59,556 nt of DNA, filler included, from 4 parts of 4 records of this genome joined end to end with filler, not necessarily neighbours in it; one strand, 5' to 3'. Numbered from the whole stretch's first letter, positions 8,903 through 18,990 are shown. Numbers and translations are program-made. Notes: generated by a model from the letters alone, not told the origin.

Positions 8903-10978
8903 TCACCCCGCAAGGCCATAGCTGCCAAACGGCACATAGCGGACCATATCACCTGGCTTGATCTCACCGGCAGGTTCCGGCAGTTCCACCAGCCCTTCAG
9001 CCCAACTGAGCCCGCTGATCCGGCCCGACCCTTCGGATGCAAACACCTCTGCCCGGCCACCCCGTATTCTTGCGCGGAGATATTCCCGGCGTCCTGCCTT
9101 TTTCGATTTGGCGAAGGCAGCGGGCACTTCAAACCCCTGCGGTTCTGCCCAACCTGCCCCGGCCAAAACCGACATCGCTGGCCGCGCAAAGATCAACGCG
9201 CAAACCAATGCCGCCACGGGATTGCCGGGCAGGCCAAAGACCGGAACGCCCTGCCACAGACCCAGCGCCAAGGGCCGCCCCGGCTTGATCGCCATGCGCC
9301 ACAGCGCCATGGCACCTGCCTGCTCCAACAAGGCCGACACGTGGTCTTCATCCCCCGCAGAGGCGCCGCCGCTGGTCAGGATGACATCAACCTCCGCCGC
9401 CGCACTGTCCAGCCGCGCCCGCAAGAGTTCGCGGTCATCCGGCACCCGGCCCAAGTCCACAGGCACATGGCCAAACTGTTCTGCCAACGCCAGCAACATC
9501 GGACGATTGGCATCATAGATCTGCCCGTCGCGCGCAGGGGCACCCGGCTCAACCAGCTCATCCCCTGTTGAGATTACCCCCACCTTCAGCGGCTTTCGCA
9601 CGGCGATCTCGGAAACACCGGTCGCCGCCAAAAGGGCCAGATCCGCTGGTGTGATCTTGCGCCCAACAGGTAGAATTTCCTGTCCCGCGATCACGTCTTC
9701 GCCAGCCTTTCGGGTGTTGGCTCCGGCCTTTATAGGGCCGGAAAAACGGACCGAACCATCCGCCAAACCGACATCTTCTTGCAAGATCACCGTATCCACC
9801 CCTTCGGGCAGCGCCGCACCTGTCAGAACCCGGATCGCCAGACCCTCCGGCACAGCGCCGGGCGCGTCACCTGCCGCCGCACGCCCCTCCACCAATGGCA
9901 ACTCATGTGTGCCAGTCCCGCGTCCACCGGCAAACCCGTACCCATCCACCGCCGTATTGGGCAGCGGCGGATTGGCCCGTGCGGCGAAGACCGCCTGCGC
10001 CGCGATCCGGCCCGCCGCCGCGCCGAGCGGCACGGTCTCGGTCCGAGTGACCGGCGAAAGCCGCGCCTTAAGCAGATCATGCGCCTCGCTTACGGGCGTC
10101 CAGTGCACGCCAGGCGGCAATGCAAAACAATCGTTGCGCAAAGGCGGCGGCACATCGCCGCGCAATTCATCTTCATGTCCCAAACCGAATATCCACCCTT
10201 CCTCCGGCGCATCAACATCAAGCAGCGTGGCCAGCCGGTCTGCGGGCAATTGCGCCACCTGCCCAGCAATCTGCTGAACCTGCCATGCGTCTTTGATCAT
10301 GCCCTCTGGCGCAGACCCGGCAGTCAGCGACGGCCAAATCTCAACAAATGCAATGGGCGCATTCAGCGGCTGAAACGGCCAGACCGCAACTTCGAACTTG
10401 CGCCGCAGCCGGGCCAGAACCGGCAGACCCATCATCACCTGTCCGCCGACCGCACCGGCACCGCCCATCTGCCAACAGGCAAACGCACCACTTGCCAAAT
10501 CCTCGCACCGCCGTTTTTCGGGGAACGGGTTGGCATAGCCATCCTTGTTGCGCGGCAACCCTTCAATATCACGAGACAGCGTGTTGAACCAAAACGGCCC
10601 CTGCCCCGCCCCAAGGCCAAGGTTGATCTCGGCGGCCAGATCAAAACGGTTGTTGGCCTTTGGATCATCCTCGATCCGGGCCTCGAACCAATCCCACAGG
10701 TCCAGCGGATCAGATGACCCGCACAGCGCCTCGGCAAAGCCAGCCGGATAGCCGAACGGGAAATCAAAGCCGACCAAGACGCGCCGTCCCTCGGCACGTT
10801 CAGCCGTCAGAAACGCCTCCAGCCACCCCTCGGCCTCTTGCCGATTGCGCTGGTAGACAGGCTGCTCAGCCGCTGCACCCCGTTGCACCCCGATCCAAAT
10901 CGCGTCCTTTGTCGGGCGCGGGCCACGGTCGTTTCCAGCCGACCAATCGACCATCACAACCGTATCGAACGAGGTCAA
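8903..10978 (-). CDS. moeA: Molybdopterin molybdotransferase MoeA/Glp fused to an N-terminal ~275-aa domain (DUF429-like)
   Basis: C-terminal part: NTAVDGYG, VLTGAALPEGVDTVILQED, STGDEL, TSGGASAGDED, KPGRP, GLPGNPVA. N-terminal part: VDWSA, GFDFPFGYP, EIWP. One uninterrupted frame. Confidence 0.88.
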   Translation of the reverse strand: MTSFDTVVMVDWSAGNDRGPRPTKDAIWIGVQRGAAAEQPVYQRNRQEAEGWLEAFLTAERAEGRRVLVGFDFPFGYPAGFAEALCGSSDPLDLWDWFEARIEDDPKANNRFDLAAEINLGLGAGQGPFWFNTLSRDIEGLPRNKDGYANPFPEKRRCEDLASGAFACWQMGGAGAVGGQVMMGLPVLARLRRKFEVAVWPFQPLNAPIAFVEIWPSLTAGSAPEGMIKDAWQVQQIAGQVAQLPADRLATLLDVDAPEEGWIFGLGHEDELRGDVPPPLRNDCFALPPGVHWTPVSEAHDLLKARLSPVTRTETVPLGAAAGRIAAQAVFAARANPPLPNTAVDGYGFAGGRGTGTHELPLVEGRAAAGDAPGAVPEGLAIRVLTGAALPEGVDTVILQEDVGLADGSVRFSGPIKAGANTRKAGEDVIAGQEILPVGRKITPADLALLAATGVSEIAVRKPLKVGVISTGDELVEPGAPARDGQIYDANRPMLLALAEQFGHVPVDLGRVPDDRELLRARLDSAAAEVDVILTSGGASAGDEDHVSALLEQAGAMALWRMAIKPGRPLALGLWQGVPVFGLPGNPVAALVCALIFARPAMSVLAGAGWAEPQGFEVPAAFAKSKKAGRREYLRARIRGGRAEVFASEGSGRISGLSWAEGLVELPEPAGEIKPGDMVRYVPFGSYGLAG

Positions 10979-11466
10979 AGCCCGACCTCGGACAAAATGA
11001 AATCGGCAATGGACGCCGTGTCGTTCAGATCAAACACCGGCCGGTCCAGATCGAGCGGCACATCCGCTGCCACCGCCCGGACCGTCGGATCACCAGGGGC
11101 AATCAAAGGGTTGCCCGTCACCGCCCGGTGCGCCTCGACCTTGGGGTGATCGTCGCGTTTGTATCCTTCGATCAACACCAGATCGACCGGGCTGAGGCGG
11201 GTCAGTAACTCTGCCAAAGTCGGCTCCTTTTCGCCGCGCAATTCATGCATCAGGGCAAAGCGGTTGCCGGAGGCCAGCAGCACCTCTGACGCACCTGCCG
11301 TGCGGTGGCGGAAACTGTCTTTGCCGGGGTGATCCACATCAAAGCTGTGATGGGCGTGCTTGACCGTTGAAACCGTGATGCCGCGCCCGGTGATCTCTGT
11401 CACCAGCCGTTCCATCAAGCCGGTTTTGCCTGCGTTTTTCCAACCGACAACGCCAAATAATTTCAC
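10975..11466 (-). CDS. mobB: Molybdopterin-guanine dinucleotide biosynthesis protein B
   Basis: GWKNAGKTGL P-loop, KHAHHSFDVD..GKDS, DLVLIEGYK. Confidence 0.95.
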   Translation of the reverse strand: MKLFGVVGWKNAGKTGLMERLVTEITGRGITVSTVKHAHHSFDVDHPGKDSFRHRTAGASEVLLASGNRFALMHELRGEKEPTLAELLTRLSPVDLVLIEGYKRDDHPKVEAHRAVTGNPLIAPGDPTVRAVAADVPLDLDRPVFDLNDTASIADFILSEVGL

Positions 11467-12065
11467 AACATTTCCTCCGCCCGCGCCAGATCATCGGGTG
11501 TGTTCACGTTAAAGAACGCCGCTTCGTCCGGGAACAACGCCTCGCGTCCGCCATGTTGGTCCGTCCACATCACAACCTTGCGCAGCCCCCCTTGCAGCGC
11601 CGCCCGCAGATCTTCGCGCAGCGCTACAGGCCACAGGCCAAACGTAGGATGCCGCGCCTGCCCGCGCTTGGCATCCGGTGTGGCGGCCAAGACCAGGGGA
11701 TGCGCCATGCCTTCACTGCGCAACAAAAGCTGCGGCACCAGATCGCAAGGGAAAAACGGCGTATCAGCGGCGGCGGTGACAATGGCATCTGCCCCCTGAT
11801 CCGCCGCCCAATCCAGCCCGGCCAGCACACCCGCCAGCGGTCCTGCAAACCCTGCAATACTGTCTGGCAACACCGGCAAATCAAACCCCGAGAACCGCGC
11901 GGCATCGCCATTGGCGTTCAGGGCCATACCGCCCACCTGCGGCTGCAGCCGGTCGATCACCCGCGACATCAGGCTTTGCCCGCCAAGCGCTAGCAACCCT
12001 TTGTCGCCGCCGCCCATGCGCGTGGCCTGCCCGCCCGCGAGGATCACGCCCAATGGTTGTTTCAT
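11463..12065 (-). CDS. mobA: Molybdenum cofactor guanylyltransferase
   Basis: ILAGGQATRMGGGDKGL, GPLAGVLAGL, FFNVNTPDD; ATG at 12065 overlaps the fdhD stop. Confidence 0.95.
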   Translation of the reverse strand: MKQPLGVILAGGQATRMGGGDKGLLALGGQSLMSRVIDRLQPQVGGMALNANGDAARFSGFDLPVLPDSIAGFAGPLAGVLAGLDWAADQGADAIVTAAADTPFFPCDLVPQLLLRSEGMAHPLVLAATPDAKRGQARHPTFGLWPVALREDLRAALQGGLRKVVMWTDQHGGREALFPDEAAFFNVNTPDDLARAEEML

Positions 12066-12946
12066 GCCGTGCCCCCCTTGCGGCCTGATTTGCGCGGCTC
12101 TTCCGCCACCTGCGCGGGGTCCGCATCGCGGATCAGCCGGTCCTCGCCGCTCAGACAGACAAAGCGTTTGCCTTTCATCCGGCCAATCAGGGTCAGCCCG
12201 ATCTGCTGTGCGATCTCGACACCCCAAGCGGTAAAGCCTGAGCGTGATACCAGCACCGGAATGCCCATCATCGCGGTCTTGATCACCATCTCAGAGGTTA
12301 GCCGCCCGGTGGTATACAGGATCTTGTCCTCAGCCCGGACCCCTTCGGACATCATCCAGCCCGCGATCTTGTCCACCGCATTGTGGCGACCCACATCTTC
12401 CATATAAACCAACGGCTTATCCTCATAACAAAGCACTGTCCCATGGATCGCGCCTGCCTCAAGATACAGCGATGGTGTGCGGTTGATCTTGGCCGATAGC
12501 GCATAGAGCCATGAGCTGCGCACCTGCGTATCTGCCAGCACGACCTCGTCCAGCCCCTCCATCATATCGCCAAAAACAGTGCCGACGGCACAACCGCTGG
12601 TGCGGGTCTTGCGGCGCATTTTGTCTTCGTAATCCGTGGCGCGGGCGGTGCGCACAACCACCGTTTCAAGCTCCTCGTCATAATCAACGCGGGTGATCTC
12701 TTCATCCGGGCGCAACATGTGTTGGTTGCGCAAAAAACCCAGCGCCAGATATTCGGGATAATCCCCGATGGTCATCGCCGTGACGATTTCCTGACTGTTG
12801 AGATAGATCGTAAGCGGGCGTTCCTCGACCACGCGAATGGTGGTTTCATTGCCATTGTGATCCTTGCCTGTCACGGGCCGGGTCAGCCGCGCCGCCGTTG
12901 GGTCAGGCGCAATCAGATATTCGGTCACATCAGGGTCTTGTGCCAA
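12062..12946 (-). CDS. fdhD: Formate dehydrogenase accessory sulfurtransferase
   Basis: EERPLTIYLN, TSGCAVG, EDVGRHNAVDK, TGRLTSEMV; start uncertain (TTG at 12946 or ATG at 12976). Confidence 0.92.
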   Translation of the reverse strand: MAQDPDVTEYLIAPDPTAARLTRPVTGKDHNGNETTIRVVEERPLTIYLNSQEIVTAMTIGDYPEYLALGFLRNQHMLRPDEEITRVDYDEELETVVVRTARATDYEDKMRRKTRTSGCAVGTVFGDMMEGLDEVVLADTQVRSSWLYALSAKINRTPSLYLEAGAIHGTVLCYEDKPLVYMEDVGRHNAVDKIAGWMMSEGVRAEDKILYTTGRLTSEMVIKTAMMGIPVLVSRSGFTAWGVEIAQQIGLTLIGRMKGKRFVCLSGEDRLIRDADPAQVAEEPRKSGRKGGTA

Positions 12947-12999
12947 TTGTATCCCCCCACCAATGGCGCTAGTCATGGCCGGTAAGTTAGGGATTTCCC

Positions 13000-13261
13000 A
13001 TGGGCACCACCACCGCAAAATCAACCTATTTGAAGGGGATCGTTGACAGCTCTCCGTTCGTTCTGGTGATCATTCCCTTCGCCTCGCTGTTTGGCCTTGT
13101 GGCAACAGAGGCCGGCCTCAGTGTGATCGAAACCCTGACCTTTTCGATTGTTGTAATCGCAGGAGCGGCGCAATTTACCGCGCTGCAACTGATGCAGGAA
13201 CAGGCACCGACCCTTGTGGTGATCATCTCATCGCTGGCGGTGAACCTGCGCATGGCGATGT
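13000..13261 (+). CDS. AzlC family permease, truncated by contig end
   Basis: PF..LFGLVA..AGL, AGAAQF, VNLR motifs. Confidence 0.8.
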
Positions 13262-13361
13262 NNNNNNNNNNNNNNNNNNNNNNNNNNNNNNNNNNNNNNN
13301 NNNNNTTAATTAATTAANNNNNNNNNNNNNNNNNNNNNNNNNNNNNNNNNNNNNNNNNNNN
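13262..13361. other. Artificial contig spacer
   Basis: N-run + TTAATTAATTAA + N-run. Confidence 0.98.
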
Positions 13362-13362
13362 G

Positions 13363-13515
13363 GGCTACACCTGGGAAGTGGACCTGCACATTTTCATGAA
13401 GAAGGCCTGGGCGCTTGCCGGCACCTGGGGCGACGCGGGTTTCCACAAGGCGCAGGTAATGGATTACCTGTTGGACGAGACCGCCGTGCTCGGCGCGGTC
13501 GGTACATTTCAGTAA
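13363..13515 (+). CDS. Acyl-CoA dehydrogenase C-terminal fragment (FadE32/ScdM2-like)
   Basis: Manual translation GYTWEVDLHIFMKKAWALAGTWGDAGFH..., a typical ACAD C-terminus; fits the cluster context. Confidence 0.7.
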   Translation, partial: GYTWEVDLHIFMKKAWALAGTWGDAGFHKAQVMDYLLDETAVLGAVGTFQ

Positions 13516-13532
13516 CAGTTCCTGGAGAGTTT

Positions 13533-14684
13533 GTGATGGCGGATGCCTATATTGTCGATGCAGTGAGAACACCTACCGGTCGCCGCAAGGGCGGCCTGGC
13601 CGATGTGCACGGCGCTGATCTCGGCGCGCACGTATTGAAGACCCTGGTCGACCGCAATGCGATTCCCGATGCGGACTATGATGATGTGATGTTCGGCTGC
13701 GTCGACACCATCGGGCCGCTCGCGGGCGACATAGCCCGTACCTGCTGGCTCGCGGCCGGCCTGTCCGACGAGGTGCCCGGTACAACCATTGATCGCCAGT
13801 GTGGTTCCTCCCAGCAGGCGGTGCACTTTGCCGCACAGGCGGTGATGGCCGGGGTCAACGATGTGGTCATCGCCGGCGGCGTCCAGACCATGACCCAGAT
13901 TCCCATCTCCTCGGCGATGCTGGCAGCCCAGCCGCTGGGCTTCAGCGATCCTTTCTCCGGCAGCCAGGGCTGGGTGGCGCGCTACGGCGACGTACCGGTG
14001 TCCCAGTTCAATTCGGCGCAAATGATTGCCGACAAGTGGGGCCTCAGCCGCGAGCAGATGGAAGCTTTTGCCCTGGAGTCGCACACCCGCGCGTTGCGGG
14101 CGATCAGCGAAGGCCGGTTCAGCCGCGAGATCGCGCCGCTCAACGGCGTCGATATGGATGAAACACCGCGCAACACCAGCATGGAGAAGATGGCGGAACT
14201 GCAGCCGCTGGCCGAGGGCGGTACCATCACCGCCGCAGTATCGAGCCAGACCTGCGATGCCGCTTCCGCCATGCTGATCGTCTCCGAGGCGGCACTCAAG
14301 CGCTATAAGCTCACGCCCCGTGCCCGCATCGCCCACATGAGCGTGCGTGCCGAGGACCCGATCTGGATGCTCACCGCGCCGATTCCCGCCACGGCCTATG
14401 CGCTGAAGAAAAGCGGCATGAAGCTGGAAGACATCGATCTCGTGGAAATCAACGAGGCCTTCGCCTCGGTACCCATGGCCTGGCTGGCGGAGACCGGTTA
14501 TCCCCACGAGAAAACCAACGTCAACGGCGGCGCCATCGCCCTGGGTCACCCGCTCGGTGCTACCGGCACCAAGCTCATGACCACCTTGCTCCATGAACTG
14601 GAGCGCACCGGCGGCCGCTATGGCCTGCAGACCATGTGTGAAGGTGGCGGTCAGGCGAATGTCACGATTATTGAGCGGCTGTGA
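13533..14684 (+). CDS. fadA6: Thiolase, steroid C/D-ring pathway (FadA6/ScdF-like)
   Basis: DRQCGSSQQA, NEAFA, GGAIALGHPLGATG, CEGGG; QIPISSAM and SQF..A.MIA.KW resemble M. tuberculosis FadA6 as I recall it. Confidence 0.85.
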   Translation: MMADAYIVDAVRTPTGRRKGGLADVHGADLGAHVLKTLVDRNAIPDADYDDVMFGCVDTIGPLAGDIARTCWLAAGLSDEVPGTTIDRQCGSSQQAVHFAAQAVMAGVNDVVIAGGVQTMTQIPISSAMLAAQPLGFSDPFSGSQGWVARYGDVPVSQFNSAQMIADKWGLSREQMEAFALESHTRALRAISEGRFSREIAPLNGVDMDETPRNTSMEKMAELQPLAEGGTITAAVSSQTCDAASAMLIVSEAALKRYKLTPRARIAHMSVRAEDPIWMLTAPIPATAYALKKSGMKLEDIDLVEINEAFASVPMAWLAETGYPHEKTNVNGGAIALGHPLGATGTKLMTTLLHELERTGGRYGLQTMCEGGGQANVTIIERL

Positions 14685-14806
14685 GTTGTTGGATCAGGTG
14701 TGCACATATCACGCCGTGTCCAGCCAACACCGGATTGATGCGCGGCGCGACGCAAGAACGACCATAGCTCAACCAATGAACAGGAAATCAACGCAGGAAC
14801 ACGGCA

Positions 14807-15694
14807 ATGACAGGAATTTGTGAAGGACGGGTAGTGATTATCACCGGCGCCGGCGGCGGACTCGGCGCAGCGCATGCCCGGGTGTGCGCGGCGGAAGGCG
14901 CCTACGTGGTGGTTAACGACATCAACGAAGCGGCGGCCAATGCGGTGGTCGGAGAGATCATCGCCGCTGGCGGCAAGGCGATCGTGAACACCTCGGACAT
15001 CACCAATTACGACGACAGCCTCAATGCAGTAAAACAGGCAATCGACGCCTTTGGTGACTTGCATGCCGTGGTCAACAATGCGGGGGTGAACCGCGACCGT
15101 ATGTTTGCCTCCATGACCGAGCAAGAGTGGGACACCATCATGGCCGTGCATCTGAAAGGACATTTCTGTATCAGCTCCCACGCCGTGCATTACTGGCGCG
15201 GCCAGTCGAAGGAAGGCAAGGCGGTGGACGCGCGCATTATCAATACCAGCTCGGGTGCGGGCCTACAGGGTTCTGTCGGCCAGTCCAATTACGCCGCCGC
15301 CAAGGCCGGTATTGCCGCGCTGACCCTGAATCAGGCCGCGGAACTGGGCCGTTACGGGATTACAGCCAACGCGGTAACCCCGGCAGCGCGTACCGGCATG
15401 ACCACTGCGGTGCCGGAAATGGCAGAGCGGATGAAAGTACCTGACGATGGCAGCTTCGACTACTGGGCGCCGGAGAATGTCTCCTCGCTGGTTGCTTTCC
15501 TGGTGTCCGGCGAGTCCGCCCATGTCACCGGCAAAGTGTTCGAGGCCGAGGGCGGCAAGATTTCCATCGCCGACGGCTGGCGCACCACCGACGGGGTGGA
15601 CAAGGGTGATCGCTGGCAGCCGGCGGAAGTGAAGAGCGCGGTCGCAGAATTGCTGGCCAAGGAAGTCCCGGCGCAGAAAGTCTACGGGACCTGA
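14807..15694 (+). CDS. SDR oxidoreductase (Rv3548c/ScdE-like)
   Basis: TGAGGGLG, NNAG..RDRM, VHLKGHF, DARIINTSSGAGLQGSVGQ.NY.AAK. Confidence 0.85.
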   Translation: MTGICEGRVVIITGAGGGLGAAHARVCAAEGAYVVVNDINEAAANAVVGEIIAAGGKAIVNTSDITNYDDSLNAVKQAIDAFGDLHAVVNNAGVNRDRMFASMTEQEWDTIMAVHLKGHFCISSHAVHYWRGQSKEGKAVDARIINTSSGAGLQGSVGQSNYAAAKAGIAALTLNQAAELGRYGITANAVTPAARTGMTTAVPEMAERMKVPDDGSFDYWAPENVSSLVAFLVSGESAHVTGKVFEAEGGKISIADGWRTTDGVDKGDRWQPAEVKSAVAELLAKEVPAQKVYGT

Positions 15695-15699
15695 TTGCA

Positions 15700-16869
15700 A
15701 TGGAATTCGCGTTTACTGAAGAACAGCAGATGATCCGCGCTACCGCCGAGGCATTCCTGGCGGAGGTGTCGACCAGCGCCGCTGTGCGCGCGGCCATGAG
15801 CACCGAGCAGGGCTATGACGAGGCCCTGTGGCAGAAAGTCTGCGGTGAGCTTTACTGGCAGGCGATTCACATTCCCGAAAGCCACGGTGGTCTTGGCCTG
15901 GGTTATGTGGAACTGGCCGCTACCCTGGAGCAGATGGGGCGCTACCTGTTCTGCAGCCCGTTCTATGCCACGGTCTGCCTGGCGACCAACGCTATCCTGG
16001 TTGCAGGAACCGAGGAACAGCAGGCGCGTTGGCTGCCGGCCATTCTTGAGGGACGGACTGCGACTCTGGCGTATACCGGGCCTTCCGGCCGCTGGGACGT
16101 GTCAGCTGTCGAGGGAAGCTGGGAGCGCACCGCCGAGGGTTACCGCCTGAACGGCCGCTGGCGCTTTGTCCCTGATGGCCACACTGCCGAACTTCTGGTG
16201 ATCGCCGCACGCGAGACCGGGACATCCGGCGCGGACGGGATCGCCCTGTTCGTGGTGCCTGCGGATAGCGCGGGCGTCAGTCGCCGCTGGCTGCCGACCA
16301 TGGACCAGACCCGCAAGCAGGGCGAGATCGTCCTCTGCGATGTCACTGTCGGCGAAGACGCGGTACTCGGCGAAGCCGGCAGTGCCGGCGGCCAGCTCAC
16401 CACGGTGATCGATCTGGCCACTGTCGCGATCGCTGCCGACCAGGTTGGGGTCGCCCAACAGGCGCTGGACAGCAGCGTCGCCTATATGCAGGAGCGCGTG
16501 CAGTTCGGGCGGGTGATCGCCTCGTATCAGGCACTCAAGCATAAGGCGGCGGATATGATGGTCCGTGCCGAGGCGGGTCGGTCTGCCCTGTACTACGCGG
16601 CCTGCGTGGCGGATGAGGCGCTGCAGGGCGGTGCCCTGGGTGCCGGCTTGCCCGAGGCGGCCAGCATCGCCAAGGCCTATTGCAGCGATGCCGCCTTTTT
16701 CAATGCCGGCTGCGGCATCCAGTTGCACGGCGGCGTGGGTTTTACCGAGGAATACGACATCCAGCTGTATTTCAAACGTGCCAAGTCCACCGAGACCTTT
16801 CTGGGGAATGCCACTTATCACCGCGAGCGGCTTGCCTCGCTGGTGCTGGACGGGGAGGACGCAGCATGA
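15700..16869 (+). CDS. Acyl-CoA dehydrogenase, probable partner subunit (FadE33/IpdE2/ScdC1-like)
   Basis: F.FTEEQ, RVQFGRVIASYQALKH, IQLHGGVGFT.EY; paired with the next ACAD. Confidence 0.85.
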   Translation: MEFAFTEEQQMIRATAEAFLAEVSTSAAVRAAMSTEQGYDEALWQKVCGELYWQAIHIPESHGGLGLGYVELAATLEQMGRYLFCSPFYATVCLATNAILVAGTEEQQARWLPAILEGRTATLAYTGPSGRWDVSAVEGSWERTAEGYRLNGRWRFVPDGHTAELLVIAARETGTSGADGIALFVVPADSAGVSRRWLPTMDQTRKQGEIVLCDVTVGEDAVLGEAGSAGGQLTTVIDLATVAIAADQVGVAQQALDSSVAYMQERVQFGRVIASYQALKHKAADMMVRAEAGRSALYYAACVADEALQGGALGAGLPEAASIAKAYCSDAAFFNAGCGIQLHGGVGFTEEYDIQLYFKRAKSTETFLGNATYHRERLASLVLDGEDAA

Positions 16870-18056
16870 AGCTCAGTTTCAGCAATGAAGACGAACTGTT
16901 CCGCGAGGAGGTGGCGACCTGGCTGGCGGACAATCTCCAGGGTGAGTTCGCGCCGATCCGGTTCCGTGGCGGCCCCGGCGACGAGCATGTGTTCGTCGAG
17001 GAGCGCAAGGCCTGGGAACGCAAACTGCACGAGGGGGGCTGGACCTGTATCGGCTGGCCCCGGGAGTTCGGTGGTCGCGGTGCCAGTATCGAACAGCAGG
17101 TGATCTTCAACGAGGAGTACGCCCGCGCCGGCGGTCCCGGCCGGATGGGCCATATCGGGGAGACCCTCACGGGTCCCACCCTGATCGCCTTCGGTTCCGA
17201 GGGCCAGCGCGAGCGCTACCTGCCGGGTATCCTGCGCGGTGAGGATTTGTGGTGTCAGGGTTATTCCGAGCCGGGTGCCGGTTCCGATCTTGCCAACGTC
17301 AAAACCAAGGCTGTGTTTGACGAGGCACAGGGTCAGTGGCAGATCACCGGGCAGAAGGTGTGGACGTCCCTCGCTCATGAATCCCAGTTCTGTTTTGTGA
17401 TTGCCCGCACTGATCCAGCGTCGGTGGGGCACAAGGGCCTCGGCTTCTTCCTGGTCAATCTCGACCAGCCCGGCGTTGAGATTCGTCCGATCCAGCAGAT
17501 GACCGGTACCTCGGAATTCAACGAGGTGTTTTTCGACGGGGCCCTGTGCAGTGCCGAGGATATCGTCGGCGCGCCCGGGGACGGCTGGAAGGTGGCGATG
17601 GGGCTGCTCGGTTTCGAGCGCGGCGTCTCTACCCTGGGTCAGCAGATGCTGTTCCAGAACGAGTTGGACGAGATTGTACGCCTGGCCCGGGAAAACGGCG
17701 CGGCGGCGGATCCGGCCCTGCGCCAGCGTATTGCCGATGCCCATATCGGGCTGCGCATCATGCGCTTCAACAGCATGCGGATGCTCTCCGGCGGCGGCGA
17801 TGACGGCACCCTGCAGAAGGAGGCCATGATCTACAAGCTGTACTGGGCCACCTGGCACCGCAACCTGGGCAAGCTTGCCATGGACGTGATGGGTGCGGAG
17901 AGCGAAATCCTCCCCGAGGCGCCCTACGAACTGAACCGGCTGCAGTCTATGTACCTGTTCACCCGCTCGGACACCATCTACGGCGGAACCAACCAGATTC
18001 AGCGCAATATAATTGCCGAGCGCGCCCTGGGTATGCCCAGGGAACCCCGCGGCTAG
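16866..18056 (+). CDS. ipdE1: Acyl-CoA dehydrogenase (FadE30/IpdE1/ScdC2-like)
   Basis: WLADNL.GEF, GGPG.EH..VEER.AW, WCQGYSEPGAGSDLA, FERGVSTLGQQ, TIYGGTNQIQRNII. Confidence 0.8.
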   Translation: MKLSFSNEDELFREEVATWLADNLQGEFAPIRFRGGPGDEHVFVEERKAWERKLHEGGWTCIGWPREFGGRGASIEQQVIFNEEYARAGGPGRMGHIGETLTGPTLIAFGSEGQRERYLPGILRGEDLWCQGYSEPGAGSDLANVKTKAVFDEAQGQWQITGQKVWTSLAHESQFCFVIARTDPASVGHKGLGFFLVNLDQPGVEIRPIQQMTGTSEFNEVFFDGALCSAEDIVGAPGDGWKVAMGLLGFERGVSTLGQQMLFQNELDEIVRLARENGAAADPALRQRIADAHIGLRIMRFNSMRMLSGGGDDGTLQKEAMIYKLYWATWHRNLGKLAMDVMGAESEILPEAPYELNRLQSMYLFTRSDTIYGGTNQIQRNIIAERALGMPREPRG

Positions 18057-18075
18057 CGCACTCGAGGAGATCGAC

Positions 18076-18867
18076 ATGGCTTTGAAAGAACCCCCACCCT
18101 ACGTACCAGGTCATAACCTGCTGGCCGGCAGGTCGGTCCTGATTACCGCCGCCGCCGGTGCCGGCATCGGCTTTGCCGCTGCCACCCGCGCCGCGGAGGA
18201 GGGTGCCCGCGCGGTCATGATCAGCGATATCCATGAGGGGCGTTTGCAGCAGGCGGTAGCCAAGCTGCGCGAGGAGACTGGCCTGGAACAGGTCTACGGC
18301 AAGCTGGCCAACGTGACGGATGAGGCCGATGTGCAGGCGCTGGTGGCCGAGGCCGAGGACAAGCTTGGCGGGGTCGACGTGCTCATCAATAACGCCGGTC
18401 TCGGTGGCACCCGCCAGCTGGTGGAGATGAGCGACGAGGAGTGGTCACGGGTGCTCGATGTCACCCTGACCGGCACCATGCGCATGACCCGGGCCATGCT
18501 GAAGATCATGCAGCCCCGCGGTGCGGGGGTGATCGTCAACAACGCCTCGGTGCTGGGCTGGCGAGCCCAGAAAGAGCAGTGTCACTACGCCGCCGCCAAG
18601 GCCGGGGTGATGGCATTGACCCGCTGTGCGGCACTGGAGGCGGCGGATTACGGGGTGCGGGTCAACGCCGTATCGCCCTCCATTGCCTTCCACGAGTTTC
18701 TGAAAAAGACCACTCCGATGGAGTTGTTGGAGGAGCTGGCTTCCAGGGAAGCCTTCGGCCGCGCGGCCGAGGTATGGGAGGTGGCCAATGTGATGATGTT
18801 CCTGGCCTCGGATTACGCGGGCTATATGACCGGGGAAGTGGTGTCGGTCTCCAGTCAGCGGGCCTGA
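18076..18867 (+). CDS. ipdF: SDR oxidoreductase IpdF/ScdG-like (HIP-CoA pathway)
   Basis: TAAAGAGIG, NNASVLGWRAQ..Q.HYAAAKAGVMALTRC, EAFGRAAE.WEVA; close to Rv3559c as I recall it. Confidence 0.85.
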   Translation: MALKEPPPYVPGHNLLAGRSVLITAAAGAGIGFAAATRAAEEGARAVMISDIHEGRLQQAVAKLREETGLEQVYGKLANVTDEADVQALVAEAEDKLGGVDVLINNAGLGGTRQLVEMSDEEWSRVLDVTLTGTMRMTRAMLKIMQPRGAGVIVNNASVLGWRAQKEQCHYAAAKAGVMALTRCAALEAADYGVRVNAVSPSIAFHEFLKKTTPMELLEELASREAFGRAAEVWEVANVMMFLASDYAGYMTGEVVSVSSQRA

Positions 18868-18990
18868 TTCCGGGCCCTGGATGGTGTCTTTCGCCCGTTG
18901 ATCGTCGGTCCCGCCCCGTGCGGGCCCTGTGTTACACTCCCTTGCAGGTGATCACCCGTAAGTGGGTGATGTAACAGGCATTTCCGGCGA

